From the NCBI RefSeq assembly GCF_009914755.1, contig NC_060929.1: a stretch of DNA of 64,000 nt; one strand, written 5' to 3'. The translations under genes and the position numbers were made by a program. Positions 1 through 16,229 of this stretch are shown in pieces. The stretch comes from the human T2T-CHM13v2.0 reference genome, Homo sapiens. The notes under the pieces are model-generated. The model was given only the letters and a program-made list of their open reading frames with translations, made no database searches and was not told the DNA's origin. Position 1 is the first letter of the stretch, and every line of letters starts with the position of its first letter.

Positions 1-1629
1 TTTCTATTATCTTTACTTGTGAGAATATGCCTGGAAAACTCAAAAAGAATCAATAATGAACTGAGCAAGGAAGTGTAATATAAAAATCAACATATACTAA
101 TGGATAGCCTTCATATCCACAAATAACTCATGAGAAGAAAACATGGATGAGAAAACCCTACTTACAAAAGCCAGAGAAATGAGAAAATATTTAGAAATAA
201 ACTTAAATAAACTTAAACATTCAAAACTTATGTGAACAAAACTATCATTCCTGAAAGACACAAAAGAACATCTGAATATCCCTTGTTCTTGGTCAGGACA
301 TTTCAGCATCATCAAAAATCCCAATAAAAATACCTTTTTATGGAGCTAGACGAACTGACAGTAAAGTTCACATGAAAAACTAGGAAAACAATAAAAATAA
401 GCTGTGAGGAGGGACTCAGCCCTACCAGATATGAAAATACTGCATACTGGCCAGATGCAGTAGCTCCTACCTGCAATCCCAGCACTTTGGGAGGCCAATA
501 CAGGAGGATCACTTGAGCCCAGGAGTTCAAGAATAGCCTGGGCAGCACACGGAGACCCTGTCTCTACAAGTAACAATTAAAAAAAAAAAAAAAAAAAGCT
601 GGGCATGGTGGCACGCACCTGTGGTCCCAGCTACTCAGGAGGCTGAGATGGGATCACCTGAGTCTGGGAGGCTGAGGCTGTAGTGAGCTGTGATTGGATT
701 GTGCCATTGCACTCCAGCCTGGGCAAGAGAGTGAGACTCTGTCTCAAAAAAATTTTTTTTTATTATATATATATATATATGGCATACTACAAAACCTCCA
801 TAATTACAACTGCGTGGTACTGGTACATAAATAAACAGACCATCCAGTGAAATAGAATTTAAGCTCCAGAAACAGACTCATTACACAAAAAAATCTAATA
901 TGTAATAAAGGTGCTACTTAAAATTCCCAAGGCAAAGATGGTCTTATTAATAGTGTTATAATAATTACGTAGCTATGCTATAGCTTGAATATGGTTTGTT
1001 CTCTGAAACACATGTTGGGATTTGATCCCCTGTGTGGTGGTGCTGCCGGAGGTGGGGTCTAGTGGTAGGTGTTTGGATCACAAGGGGGGCAGGGGCAGAT
1101 CCTTCCTAACGTCCTCTGGTGAGTGAGCTAGTTCCCCAGGGATAACAGGCTGTTATAACCAAGCCCAGTCTCTCCTGCATGCCCCATTTCTTTCTACTTT
1201 CAGCCATGTCCCTACAAAAACCTACACAGGAGTGTTGATGGTAACTTTATTCATAATCACTCAAAACTGGAAATAACCCAAAGGCCCATCAACAGGGAAA
1301 TACAGATAAACAAATTGTGGTTTACTCATAGAATGGAATAATATTCAGCAATAAAACTGAATAAACCACTGACATACACAACACAATCTCCAAATAATTA
1401 CACAATATGGGTCTTTTTGGGAAAAACAAAAAAGAGCACATACACTGTGATTCCATTGACATAAAACTGCCGAAAATAGAAACTAATCTATATTACAGAA
1501 AGCAGATCAGTTGTTGCCTGGGGATGGAGGCAGAGAAGGGCAGTAGGGTAGTTACTACACAGGGGCATTAGGAAGCTTCTAGAAGGGTGGATATGTTTAT
1601 TATCTTGATTGTGGTGATACTTTTACAGG

Positions 1630-1663
<34 letters not shown>

Positions 1664-2070
1664 TATATGTCAAAACTTATCAAATTGTACACTTTATATG
1701 CAGTTCTTTGCACATATTGATATCAATTGTATGTCAATGAAACCTCAAAAAACTTTTTTTAAAAAGACGTTATTGGGTAAAATGACAAAGGTGGAATATG
1801 GACAGTAGGTTAAAGTATCAGTGATAACTGATTAATTCCAATTCTTAGGTAATACACACTGAAGTATTGAGAAGTAGAGGACCAGGATAGATGCAACTTC
1901 TCAAATGGTTCAGAACAAAAACATACTCTGCACACATAGAGAGCAAATGGAGCAAAATATTAACAGGTGAATCTGAGTAAAGAGAGTGTGTACGAATATC
2001 CTTATACTATTTTTTATTCTTGCAATTTGTGTAAGTTTGAAGCTATTTCCACACGAAGTTTCTTGACAAT
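1..2070 (+). mobile_element. Old L1M fragments (ORF2/3' end) interrupted by an Alu and a MaLR LTR
   Basis: A-rich degenerate L1-like sequence (e.g. aaactggaaataacccaaaggcccatcaacaggg; tcaaatggttcag). MST-like piece at ~975-1200. Confidence 0.7.
449..780 (+). mobile_element. Alu (J-like) with expanded middle A-tract and TA-microsatellite tail
   Basis: Dimeric Alu consensus; gcatact flanks both sides. Confidence 0.9.
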
Positions 2071-2870
2071 CAAATATGTAGATATTGCCCATAGCTCTGA
2101 AGAGCTTCATCCATCAGCGTAATCCCAGCTGGCACATCAGCAAGGCAAATTGAGATGATCTGTTTGCCCTGAATTCCTCGGTCAGTCACCTGACGACGTG
2201 TATCACACACCTGCTCTCTGCCAGGCTCTGGGAAGGAACCAGGACACAAACCAGTGAGAAAAAGGCATGGTCCCACCAATCCTCCAAGCTCTACCAGACC
2301 ACATTACTTGAAAGGATCTGAAACACTCCCCAATTCCCAGCCAGCTGCCACTCCAGACCATAACTCCTTGACTGTCCTGCCTCTGGTCTACCCTTTACAC
2401 CCCAAAGCTTCAGGCGTGCACCCTCTTACACCAACAGCTCTGCCAGTTGCCCTCTGCCTCACAGGCTACTCTCTAATCCTGGCCAAAACCTTGGGCCTCA
2501 GATCTAACCTCTGAGGCTCTGGGCTCTCAAACCAGCAGATCTGGTATAAAAGGGCTGATCCTGAAGGGCCTCTAAAGAGACATGGATTCTGTCTCCCTCC
2601 TGGGGAGACTTCACCAGCCCCTGCCAGCATTCACCACCAACCACTTGTCTTCTTCCTAGAAACCAACCACCCCCACCACGCCAGGACATCAGTCTTCTCA
2701 GAAACGTCAAGTCTGTTTCCATGTAACTGTGCAATTAAATTCTATTATATCAGGGCTCAAATATTATGTATCAATTAGATACATGTTGTCAAGTGACCGA
2801 GAAATTCAGGGCAAACGTCGTTTCAGTTGGCCTTACTGCTGTGCCCAGCTGGGGCCATACAGATGGATGA

Positions 2871-3789
<919 letters not shown>

Positions 3790-6029
3790 GGGGCCCAGAG
3801 GGATAGCCCGTCCCTGACTCATCAATGACCTGCAGGCCCTTATGGCAAAGCCTCCTGGGACCCTTGAGATAACTTCTGCACCCTTTAGATGCCTTTTTAC
3901 TCTTCTCCAGACATCAGAATTTGGTGGCCCACACCCACTACCTGATGCTTAGGACCTCCTGCCCCACCCTTCTAAGCCATGCAGAGCAAACCAGTCTTCT
4001 GACTGAGTTTTTACTTGGCAAGTCTGCACACACATGGAGTGGCTGCAGAGCCCACAGGAAAAGCTGCCCCGGCCAAGCCCTGGCCTCCACCTTAATCAAT
4101 CCCTGGGCCCTTGTTCTCCACCCCACAGCCCTGTGCTTCAAACTTGCTCCTGTTGCCATAAGAGGACATGACACCCCTAGTTCCAGCCCACCTCCTTAGG
4201 CTCAGCCTGGGCCCCAGTGCTATTTTCCTACTGTTTATCCACGTAGTTCCTGGGATAGGATCCTCAGCTCTGCCTGGAAGTTAGTGCTGTGTGCACACAC
4301 ATGAACCAGGAGCCATACACCCTCTCACAACTGGCTGTGCCCAAAAGGATGATCAAGCCCAGACCTTGGCCAGCAGCGGTGACCTGCTTCTCCAGGAAGC
4401 ACTGCTCAGGCCACCATCAGGAGAGTGCAGCAGCAACAAAGGCAAGCCAGACAGCCCAGAGGCATCACCCTACGTTTTGCCACATTTCTGAGACTCAAAC
4501 TGGGTTGCTGTGAAGATCGGATGAGATGAGCCATGTTAGGTGTTTAGAACAGTGCCGGCATGACAACGTAAATATCGGCCGTTATTTCACTCCTTTCTCC
4601 CCATTTTCTTTGCTCCACTCTACCACACTCCCGTCTGGTACCCCAACAGCCAAGCCTACCGTCGGGGTCTTTGCATGTGCCCATGTGCCAGCTCTGCTCT
4701 TCCCTATCTTCTTCACCTGGCACACTCTGATTCGTGTCTCTGCCAAGATGCCTTCCTTGACGCCTGGGACCATGTAAGGTCCACCTACCCTTCACCAACA
4801 GCAACAAGCGCAACCACTTGCTCAACTTCTCTCAGGCCCCCTCAGCTGCAAGCTACATGAAGACAGGGATTGGCTCCACCAGCACTGCCAAGCCGCTGTG
4901 CTAGGGCTCTCAACATTCAGCAGATGTGCCTGGGATCTAAAAACATCCACAGTTCCTCAACTGTAACTGCCAAATCCAAGAAGCACTAAAACACAGAAGT
5001 TTTCTAAACTCAATTGGCAGTAAAACCTCATCCAGCCTCATTTGGTAAAATCTGATCTGATCTAATATGGGGCTATTTATAGTCTTTTCTCTCTCCTGCT
5101 GTGGCTATTCATACATTTTGCTACAGAAATAAACATGGTGGCTTATGCCATGCTGCTTCTGATCTTCCACTACAGAGTAAATTCACCAGATCATCTTTTC
5201 AAAATCCAAAAAATTCTCAATTCTGAAATACATCTAGGACCAAGAACTTCAAAACTATGAAAATGGAAGTACAAAGTTACTCATTGACTGCTAGCATCCC
5301 ATGTCAAGCCCTCCAGCCCTTTAACCTGAACTCATTCCTTCGTAGGAAACACTGTTTTAAGTCTGGACTCTTGATGTAGTTTCCCAGCTGGTCCACCTGT
5401 CACTAATCTTGCTTCCCTCTCACAAACCTTCCCAACAGCAACAGCGCATCCTTCCTGACAAGTACACCTGGTCACGACATTAACTTGCTTTAAAAACCAT
5501 CAGAGGCTGCACTGCCCACAAACTCAAACTCAAACTCATTATGATGACATCCAAAGCCCTTCAGACAGACTGTCTGAAACATCCCTTTTCAACCTTACCT
5601 CCAACCACTAACCCGATGGACCCTGCACTCTGGCCTCAGCAGGCTGCTTTTTCCCCAGTAAGCATATACCTGGACGCTGCTGTGTCTCTGCTCCAGCTGG
5701 TCCCTCATCCTGGAATTTGACCCACAGCGCCACCTGCCAGCCACCCACACATCCTTTCAGGCCACTTCAGGTGACTCCTTCTGTAACATCACAGACAGAG
5801 CCAGGCCTCCCTATGACTACACTCCCACAGCACTCTCTCCACGCTGTAACAGAATCTGTGGCCACGCTGACCTGACTCCCACCTTCCTCCTTAGGAAAAA
5901 AGACTCTATGACCTCTGTGCCCACCACAGTGCTTGGCACATGTATGAGGTTCAAGTGGCTGGATGGAAGACTGCTTGCACTATTACCGAAATCAGGGAGA
6001 AAGATGGCCAACGCAGCAGCAAGAGAGTG

Positions 6030-7180
6030 AAGTGTGACATTTTCCAGAGATGACCGCACATATCCCATTCCATATGCTCTTCTTACAAGTGATAAAGACA
6101 CTCCTGCCTCCAGAGCTGAGGGTCTATGTTCCCTCCCTTTGGTTCTGGGAAGAGATGCTATGTGACTTGTGAGACTAACTCATAAAAGGCAGTAGTTTCC
6201 ACCTGGTCCTCTTAAGATGCTGACTCCTAGGACCCTGCTATATGGACAGGACACTGCTACATGGACAGGACCCCCATAGGTATTCCAACTGACCACCCCA
6301 GCTAAGGTCCCAGCTGACAGCCAGCATCAACCGCTAGACACAGGAGACAGCCCTCCAGATTATCCCAGCCCCAGCTGACTGCAATGGCGTGAAAGACCAC
6401 AAGCAAGAACCACATAGCTGAGATGTTAATAAAATGATTCTGTTGTTGTAAGCCACTAAGTTCTGGGGTGACTCATTATGCAGCCATCAGTACCTGAAGC
6501 AATGAGAGAAACAGACTCTAGATAATCTTGACAAGCAGGGCAAGTGCCCTCCCTGCCCTCTGTGCTCAGCTCCAAGTCCAAACACTGAGGCCCTGTCTCC
6601 ACTCATGTCTCCTTCCTTAGTAGGTATCTACTCCTGCATAATAAATTACCTCGATATTTAGTGGCTTAAAACAATAGTTATCACTTACTCCTCACAGTTT
6701 CTATTGGTCAGAAATGTGGACAGTGCAGCACAGAGGAGATGACGTGTCTCTGCTCCACTATGCCTGAGGCCTTGCTGAAAGACTCAAAAGCTGAGGGCCA
6801 GATGCCCCTAGAGGCTCTCACATTCTCTCACATGTCTGTAGGATGATGTTGGCAGCAGCTGAGACCTTATCAGCAGGAGTGCTCACTAGAACCCCTCTAT
6901 GTGGCCTGGAAATGTCCTGGAAGTGGTGGCTGCATTCCAAAGGTGAGTGTTCCAAGAAAGCGGGCAAGCCAGGTGAAAGTGTATCCTGTTCCTGATTCAG
7001 CCTTGGATCAGGTCTGTCTTACTCACTGGTCAAGGGAACCACAAGTCCCTATTGACATGCAAGGGGAGAGAATCATAAACCCCACCACTAGGTGGGAAGT
7101 GGACAATGTCAAACTATAACTACATGTGGAAGGGGATACTTACGGGTGAGGCCCTTGAGGGAAAATACAATCTGCTACAC
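6030..7180. mobile_element. MLT1-family MaLR LTR fragments (two, opposite orientation)
   Basis: ttgttgtaagccactaagttctgggg near 6445 and tagtggcttaaaacaa near 6660. Confidence 0.6.
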
Positions 7181-8699
7181 CTTCCTTTTTAAATAGAACA
7201 ACTGCCCTTAATCCTGACCTGAGTTCCTAATGATGTCATTTATGAGACTGGCATGCAAGGCACAGACTCAAAACTGGCTTTGACTTTCTAGAGTTTTCAC
7301 AACTCCTTTAGGGAGGTGACACAGCCAATCCACACCACCAGGTACAAAGACATCTGCACCATGGTGGGAGATGAGAAGTGAGTCTTTTCAGTACAAAACC
7401 CTTCAGCTAAAACCGAGGTGGCTCTGGGTAGGCGCCACCTGCCCCTATGGGGCTCACTCAGTTTCTGAAGCATTTGAAGGACTGCCTAGGAGCTGTGAGA
7501 TCCTTTCTAACACTCTGATACCATGGTGTTCTCCAGCCTATTTCCTTTATCTGGCAAAAAATGTTTCTTAAATAGCAAGTGAACACCAGATAGTCAACTT
7601 CCAATCATGAGCAATAAGCGAGAAGTTATATTTAGCTGTAAAATTAAGTACAGAAGTGGAAGAAATGGTAACAGATTTTCCCTTCTATCTCTGCTTTGCT
7701 TAAAGTTAAAAAGCACTACGTAAAAATTCCAGAAAATATAGACATGTCACAGGTAATGGAACTCTAACTGAACTGCTTTCATGTTCGTTCTTAGACCTTG
7801 GCTGGACTCCTGTATCATGTACCAGGCCCATAATTTCAGGACGGAAAAAAAAGAAAGGTAGTCAGAGAAGATACACTAAATAATTCAAGAGTTGAGAGAA
7901 TAAGACCTAGGAGGGAAGGGATGCAGGTTATTCATCCTGGAAAAGAAGAGCTAAATACAAGTGCCACAAAAGGCATGAGGCCTGGGATTCAGGCGATCCA
8001 GCCAGCAAGCCAGGCAACTTTGGACAAGTCACTTGACCCACTTGTACCTTAGTTCTCTCATCTATAAGGTGACAGGGTTGATTTGGTTCATCACAAGGTC
8101 CCACTGCCTGGATACTGACGACAGTGACAATTTCCCTACTGCCCCGAACAGTAATGAGTTTCCCTTGTTAACACAGGCCACTGAGGTCAGGCATACCGCA
8201 GTGCTTCTAACAGTGAGAATGAGACACAGAAGCAGGGAAATGGGTGAGCTCAATGGTCCCCAGAATTGGGAAGGACCAGGACGCAGTGATTGCTGATGGA
8301 AGGCAGATCCTGGATGATGTGAGCACGTAAGAGCAAAGGCTACACGGCCTGAAAAAATACCGTAAATGACTGAAAATAAAGCTGGGCAACATCTCAGCCA
8401 GTGATGTTCTAAAACAAAACGGCAGACCCACTACAGCAGCAAGGGTTAACCAAAGTGAAGCTTCAGCCTTCAGGGAGCCGGCCAGCCACAGTCCCTCTAC
8501 TTCAGAGTTTATCAGACGCGGGCACTGCACGTCCCGGGGCTCTCTACTCCACACACGTTAGCAAACAGGAAGAAAAGTTTTCTTGCCAACTTATTATATA
8601 TATATTTCAACACTGAATCAACATTTCCTTTCTGCTGAGGAGAATCAGCCTCTATTAACTTGGGGAAAGGATGCTGGAGTGAGGTTAGGGGGGAAAGGC

Positions 8700-10900
8700 C
8701 ACTCCCCAATCCCACCCCCTCCCTGCCCCGCACGCACGGACGCCCGGGGCCGAGTTTCACAACATCCTCCCCAGTCCGCGGAGCCCGCCCTTCCTCTAAC
8801 AGCTGGAGGCCCGGGATTCCGAAAGCAGAAGGCGGAGTTCCAACCTCTCGGCTCGGGAAGGGACTAACGCGCAGCTGGCACCGGGTCGGACCGGGCCGCT
8901 CCCCAGCCAAGCCCCCTCTCGCTAGCACTCATGGGCACCGGGGCTTTGGGGCGACCCGACGTCCCTTGGGCTCCCTCTCGGCGCCCGCGAGGCCTCCCCC
9001 GGTCTGACCTCCGTCCCCGGACACCTACTCACCAGGTCCTCCCGACGTCCTGGCCCCGAACTTGGCCTGCTCCGGGGCGCAGGGAGCGAGCCCGGTGCCC
9101 AGGCGCGTCCCAAGCGCTGCCGCGGCCGCCTCGCCTTTCGACTCGCCAGCCCTTTCTGCGGCGCGCCGGGGCCGGACGGCCGGGCGGGCAACGTGGCCCT
9201 TCCCCGGCAGGCGGGGCGGGGCGGGGCGGACTGAGGGGCGTGACCGACAGCCCCGCCGCGCCCCGCCCCCCGGCCGGCGTCCGCCAGGCCCCCTCCTCCT
9301 GGCCCGCCTCCTTTCCCCGCCGCTTCTCAGTCAACCCAGGACCCAAGTTTTCCCAGGACCCCAACTTCGGGAGTCGGCTTTCCGGCTCCCTGGCGCAACC
9401 CTGAGGGTGGACGCCCGACCCCACCCCTGCCCTCGGCCCTCCAGCGCAGCTGCCCAGCCTGGAGCCGCGCCTGAAGTGGGCCCGCAGTCCAGGAAAGGCG
9501 TTCACCAAACCCTAGGCCAAGGGCTGGGAGCCAGTCCCCCCACCCCAACCCAGGGGAGGCTGAGGAGCCCGGGTGGGAGCCCCAGGGTCGCGTGGGGCAG
9601 GGACAGAACAGGAACCAGGGTGCCCGACGGGGGGCCGGGGGGAAACACCTGTGCCAAAGCAAGCCGGGGCCAGCTGTGGCTTCTTCCCTTTTGTTTTTCC
9701 TTGGTGGGTGGGGAATGAGAGCTTCAGTTCTGAGTAAAGAAAGCGAAGAGAGACCTACCAGCAGGGGAGGCCCACCAGCCCTAGGCGGGAAGGACTCGGT
9801 CACAAGCTTTGGCGGAAGCACCATGGAAAAGCCTAGAACGGGTCTGCGCCCGGCTGGTGTTTTAAAGGGGAGGAAGGTGCGGACCTGAAGAGGAGGTGGA
9901 GGTGGACCCAGGCCCACCGAGGGGAGGGAGGGACAGCTCTTCCATAGCAAATACCTGTCGCTGAGCCAGGAGTAAAGTCTGGCCGGGAGGAGGACAGACG
10001 CAGAAGACCAGGGGCTCCAGCGCACAGAGCCAGTTTCGCCAGCGATCAGGTCTGAGGCCTGGATTCCACGAGGCCGGTGCAAGCCAGGAGCCAGCCCCAC
10101 TCCCTCGCCCAGCTCCCTCCGGCCTGGCCCTCTGCAGAAGCCTGATGCCCACCCAGCTGTCTCACCATGGGACCCCAGGCGGTGAGGGTGGGTAGCCGAG
10201 GACTACAGGCTGCTGGGTAGCTGACTTCCCCAAGAAGGGCTGCTGCCATGTGATCAGGACCCACGCCCCTGACATCAACCCCTCCCCCGTGTTCCAGAGC
10301 ACGGAGCAGCCCGGAACTCTGCGGCCTGTGGTTACTGACTGACTGCTCACTAACTTGTTTCTACATGAAACCACGAATCGTGCAGGGTTCTAGAGAAACA
10401 AAGGGCCGCGCGCACCCGCAGGCCCCTGCGTGGAGGCGAGGACCTAAATCAAAACTGCTAAGGGGTCACCAGGCATGGTGAGGGGCCTCACGGGCCAAAC
10501 CCTCCCTCGGCCTGTCCTTCAAGCCTCAGCAGCTCTGCGGAGTGAGCGTTATCATCCCCATTCTACAGATAACTAGTTTGAGGCTCAGGGTAAGTGCAAA
10601 CGTGCTGCAAGCCACCAGACCTGGTGGGGAGCATAGCCAGGTTTTAGACCGGGCACTCCTGTGCGCCCCCCAACACCCCCGCACACATCCTCCAGCGCCA
10701 GTGCTTTGAGAGGGCTCTGTCTCCTCTCAGGCGCTGCCGTGAAGCCTCCGCTTAAGTGGCCAGAGCCCAGACCTGGAGGTGGAGTGGGAGAAGGGCAGGC
10801 CCACCGAGGCCGCCGTGTGCAGTGTGCGATGTGCGGGAAGCCCGTGGCTTCCACTTTAGCTGACTGCGCGCACTGTGGCAGGAGCCTCGAACCCAGGCGG
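8700..10900. promoter_or_regulatory. CpG island / TATA-less promoter (probable proximal MGAT1 promoter, minus strand)
   Basis: Very high GC/CpG content. Tandem GC boxes (GGGGCGGGG) at ~9212-9270. MGAT1 assignment is from recalled synteny with ZFP62. Confidence 0.75.
9033..9160 (-). other. MGAT1: Probable non-coding first exon of MGAT1
   Basis: Minus-strand donor CTG|GTGAGT (plus actcac 9027-9032) just downstream of the GC boxes. The TSS is approximate and the gene identity comes from synteny. Confidence 0.55.
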
Positions 10901-11822
10901 ATATGCCAGTCAGAGGCCAGTGTCTGTCACCTCTGCCCTATGTTTGCCTAATGGAGGAGTCAGGGGCCTGGGGGCTCTGCACACTCACACTAGGTGTCAA
11001 GGCGTAAAGGAAAAAACAATTGTGTTTCCTAAAAGTGAAAAGGCTGGGAAACACTGGTTTGTAGATCCAAGACATGAGGAGCCAAAATCACCTTCCAGGA
11101 GAAAGGACAGACATCAGGGGGTGCTGAAAGGTGGGGGAAGATCAGATTCCCACCACTGACCCTGATACTTCTCCATCTAAGGCAGGTGAAGGGGAAACAG
11201 GATGGCGGCTGTTCGTGCACTGTAACGCACACCCCATCTCTACCACCCTTGGCTGAAATCCCAAGGCTCACAGGAAGATCCAAAAGGAGAAATTCCCGGA
11301 CTGCAAGAGACCATCCCAAAAAGAAAGGGCCTGGTTAGGGAATCAGAATGGGCTTCATGGAGGCAAAAGCAAGCACTTGGTCTGAGAGGCAAGAAACCAG
11401 GGTAAATGAGTGCCAAACTGACCTGGGGAAAAGAGGCTCTGAGCTCTTGATAGAGGTTACATGGGGAGCAGTGACTGGAGTAAGAAGGATAGAAACAAGG
11501 GGCCAGGATTCTGGGGGTGGGCCTGGGATTGGATTATGTGCAAAAGGAAAAAACAGGAGGATAAACAGTCACAAGATTAGACCAGATTATCCAGGAGGAT
11601 AAACAGTCACAAGATTAGGCAGAGGAACAATACTCTCCCCTGCCCACTCCACCACTGACAAAAGAGAACTGAAAAGATGAAAAGGAAGTGAAAACTGTTC
11701 CAGGAAACTGCCCTCCCATAAACCATGCCCAAGATCCCTGACACTTTTTACAATTTGGAAAGAATTCATGCCCTTAAATTAAAACATATGTTGGCTTGAA
11801 AACATCAGTAAAAGTAAAAGCA

Positions 11823-12189
<367 letters not shown>

Positions 12190-12358
12190 TCACCCCACAA
12201 TGGAGACCCAGAAATTCATCTCATCCAGGTCAAAGAGGAAAGATTAACATAATAATCACTAAACAATGTCTGTGAAATGTAACTTTTGGTTAGCCACCTA
12301 CAATTCTTTTTGGAATAAAGAAGGATATAAATAATTAATTGAGTTAAAATACACACAC

Positions 12359-12647
<289 letters not shown>

Positions 12648-15000
12648 TGCACACACAGTCTGGTTAAGTCTATCACTGCTCCTGGCTAAGTAGCCTGACA
12701 CCTGCTGAGTGCTATGCCTTGGCATCCTGGTGCCCATGTGAAAAAGCCAATGGTTGTCTTGAAGGGACTGTCTCATGGAAGGGTCAGGTGCAGGGCAGGA
12801 GGGTGGGAAGGTCAGGGAGAGGAATGCTTGCTCACTCTAAGGAGGAAACGTTCTACCAGAGAGGCTGTCTGGCAGGGCACAGAGCTTCTCTCCCTGGAGG
12901 TTTGCAGCAGAACCCAGATGGCCTGGTCAGGTCAGATGCTGTGGAAACAGCACAGCACTGGGAGGTGATTTCAGTGCCTACCGCTCTACCCTTAGGCAAA
13001 CCCTTCCCACTCAGGGCTTCCGTAGCTTCCCCTCAAACTGGGAAAAGAATCCCTGCTCTGTTCTCCTCACAACAAAGTGGTGAGGGAAAACAGACAAAAC
13101 AGATTGACTGGATCACGTGATAGAAGCATTACGCAAATACGCAACTCCCTGGTACCTGGGATACCAGAGATGGCTGAGGAGGCACCGTGGCATCACGTAT
13201 CCCCGAGGGATCACTGTGACCCCTGTGTCTAAGCAAAGACTGGCAACAGAAATTTGCTGGGTGAAGCTGGGGAAGGTGGTACACCCATCTTGAGACCCAC
13301 ACCTTATAAAGGAGCAGCCTGGCCTCAAAGGGGCTGCCCCAGGCACCAGACCAGAGGAGAAAGTACAGCTCGGGAGCAGCAGCTCCACCCAGGCCACTGC
13401 CCACCTCTCAAGCCGCTGGAGGGAGTGAGGAAAACTCCTGTGGCAAAAAAGGAAAGACTGGGGAAGGGGATGGAAGAAAAAAATTTAACATGGAAAGTAA
13501 GGCATAAGTACAGGATTTTCAGTTTGCAGATGACCTCACTGTCACCCATCCTCAAGGAACATGTGAGGCCTAGGTGTTACTGAGCTAGGGAGAGGCAGAG
13601 ACATGCCAGAAGCCAGGCCTCCTGCCCTTTGCCCAGGCCACCATACCCTACTGTCTCTCAAAATTCCCAACACTGTGCTCTACCCCTCCTTTCTGCTGTG
13701 TGTTGTCCCTGGGAAAAGCAGGCATCTTGGCACAGGTAAATTGGAATTGAAGGAGGGAGCAGACAGGAAGTGAGAAGATAAAGACAAACAGGGCTGCTTT
13801 TATAGGGAATACAGCCTGAGAAAATACAAAGGGCGAAGAGATGTCTGGAAAAAAACGTCATCTTAAGGAGCGGGAGAGATAACTAGCATATGGCACAGGA
13901 AGGTAAAGACCACCACTCACTCCAAGAAAAGTGCCTAGCCAGACACCTGCCCTCAAGGCTTAAGCATCCTTCCACCCCCTCTTTAATCAGCTACCTCAAA
14001 GGGGCACACTGAAATTGGACTGGAGAGCCATAAGGGCCAATGCAGTATCTGCAAGACTCCTTCAATCCAAGTTCTCCTTGGATCTATTCACCTGTTCTAC
14101 AACTTGATGATCCCAAGTACTGTTTACCAACAAGATGATGAAACACATTCAGGGGCAGGCTTTTCACTAAGGACATCTTCTTAGGCTGTTGCCAGCACAC
14201 TATTTCAAGAAGAAAACAGAACTCCTGACTCAGAGTTGTTTCTGTGCTTTTAAGGCACGTAGAGCAACATCGATGTTATTGTTTCCTGTGTACACGGCCC
14301 TGGATACTTTTCAAAATCCTTGTTTCATTTGCTCCTCGTAACAACTTGTAAGGGACCTGGAAAGTCAGTTTTCCCCCATTTTGTAGGTGAAGAGAACATG
14401 GCCTGTGTAGGGTTGTACACTGACTCAAAAAGTCAAAGCTAGAACACAAGTACTCCTTCCTGACCCCCAAACCTGTGTTCTGTTCCTCTGCTCTTTTCCC
14501 GAGCTTTCATGGGCTAAGCTCCCCTTATAGAAGTAGGAAGGGAGACAACTTAGGAGGTTATCTAGACCATTCCCGCCTTCTCCCCCCACCAGCAGTCCTT
14601 TTCAGTTAGCTCCCCAAAACAGAGCAGCTGCCTCTGCCTAGGTAATCCATTCCAGTCTTAACCCAGACTGACTTGGAATCCTATTATCTCAGTGTTGGAA
14701 GGGCCTTTAAAGGTAATCTAATCCAACCTCCCTTCAGAAGTCTTCAATTATTATCATGTTCTCCTTGGCCTAACCTCACAACTGCCATTGCTCACAATCC
14801 CTTACAAGGCACTCATCCAGCTTGGGTAAGGGGAAGTTGGGAACAAGTCTATACCTGGACAGAGTAATGGAGAGGTGTAGCTTCCAGTGTACTCATCTGG
14901 ATAAGATTTCCTGAATAGTAGCCTCCGCGAACTCGCCAGCTCAACACCTTCTGCACAGGCACAGCAAGACATTAAGTGGGAAATGAGACAGGAGCCTTAC

Positions 15001-15419
15001 CTTTCTTCTCTTGTCTCAGTTGCTCTCCAGGAGATCATCAAATCCCCATTCAGCACTCCATTTTCAAAACTGAGAATCCCAAATCAGATCCACCAAAGTG
15101 CAGCTTCTCTCTTCTTATCCAGGTCCAAAGTCCATGGCTGAGCTGACCCTGACGGGGAGGAGTCTGGGGGGGAAGGGGTGTGTCCAGGCCCCTCCCCCCC
15201 CACTGCAGACTTCAGTGCCCCTCTCAGGGGTCCGTTACCTCCCTTCATTCAGCTGCCTTATTAAGCTCAGAGTCTGGTGATGGACAGATCCCAGATACTA
15301 TCCCATCTCTTGCTCAGGCAGGGGAAGTTATCCACTGTGAGAACTGGCCCATCTGTCTTGTGCTGGGGCTCATGAGAAGAAACAGGCCTTAGAAGCGGCA
15401 TGGCCCAGGAGGCAGATTT
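15001..15419 (-). other. MGAT1: Candidate internal 5'-UTR exon of MGAT1
   Basis: Donor AAG|GTAAGG at 15001|15000. Two nearby acceptors (tgttctgcag| with exon start 15429; gttaacacag| with exon start 15419). Repeat-free sequence. Confidence 0.4.
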
Positions 15420-16229
15420 CTGTGTTAACCTGCAGAACATTTAAACATTATAACGCTCTCTAATCTAGATACCCAAATAGAGTCCTAAAACCTTCTAGTT
15501 TCCACTCCCCACCTAAGAGTCCATACTAGGCTCTATCATCAAAACACCTTCGTTAAACACTCCGCAAGGTTATACAAAGCACCTACTTAACTCACGTATC
15601 ACACGCCAGAACACAGTCACCTCATCAATAGTGTTTACATATATAAACACATATAATATAAACATATTATATGTATGTACAAACATACATGATTCAGGAT
15701 AAAAGATGGATCGTACCCGTTCTCACCACAGAAAAGTAACCGGAGACTCTTCTAAGAAATCGAGAAAAGAACGCCCTTTCTCCTGCCCTCCTGTCTAAAG
15801 CGCAACATAATAATCGAATCTCCCAAGCTTCTTAGGGTGCTGAGTGTTTTAATCCACCAGCCCTCTTCAACTAGTTAATAAATCCTTTCCAGACCGAGAT
15901 GCTGGCATCTTCCACTTGCATTCTTTGCTCCTTTAACTAAGCTCCCCCTCTGCTTGCAAAACTGTGCCAGAGATGTAATTCCCAACCTCTGTTAAAGTCC
16001 TTCCCGGGGCTACTCCCGAGAACACTCTCCTGGAATGTTTAAGGCCCAAGTCCTGCTTGCAGCAGCCCCACAGTGTTCCCATTTCTCAGCCCGAAAACCC
16101 ACCCCTGTTGCCCCCTCCCCTCCAAGTTTATTCGTAAACACACACACATCCATTCTCTCTCTCAACACACATCCATCCACACACACTCTCTCTCTCCTTT
16201 CCTTCCTGTAGGGGCGTGGCGTCCACATG

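Noticed and set aside
6229-6273. 19-bp imperfect tandem duplication
   Set aside because: Minor slippage inside an old MLT1 LTR.
8512-10264. Many long overlapping Pro/Arg/Gly-rich ORFs (also at 16.3-17.4 kb and 37.4-38.3 kb)
   Set aside because: Stop-codon depletion in CpG islands; no recognisable domains.
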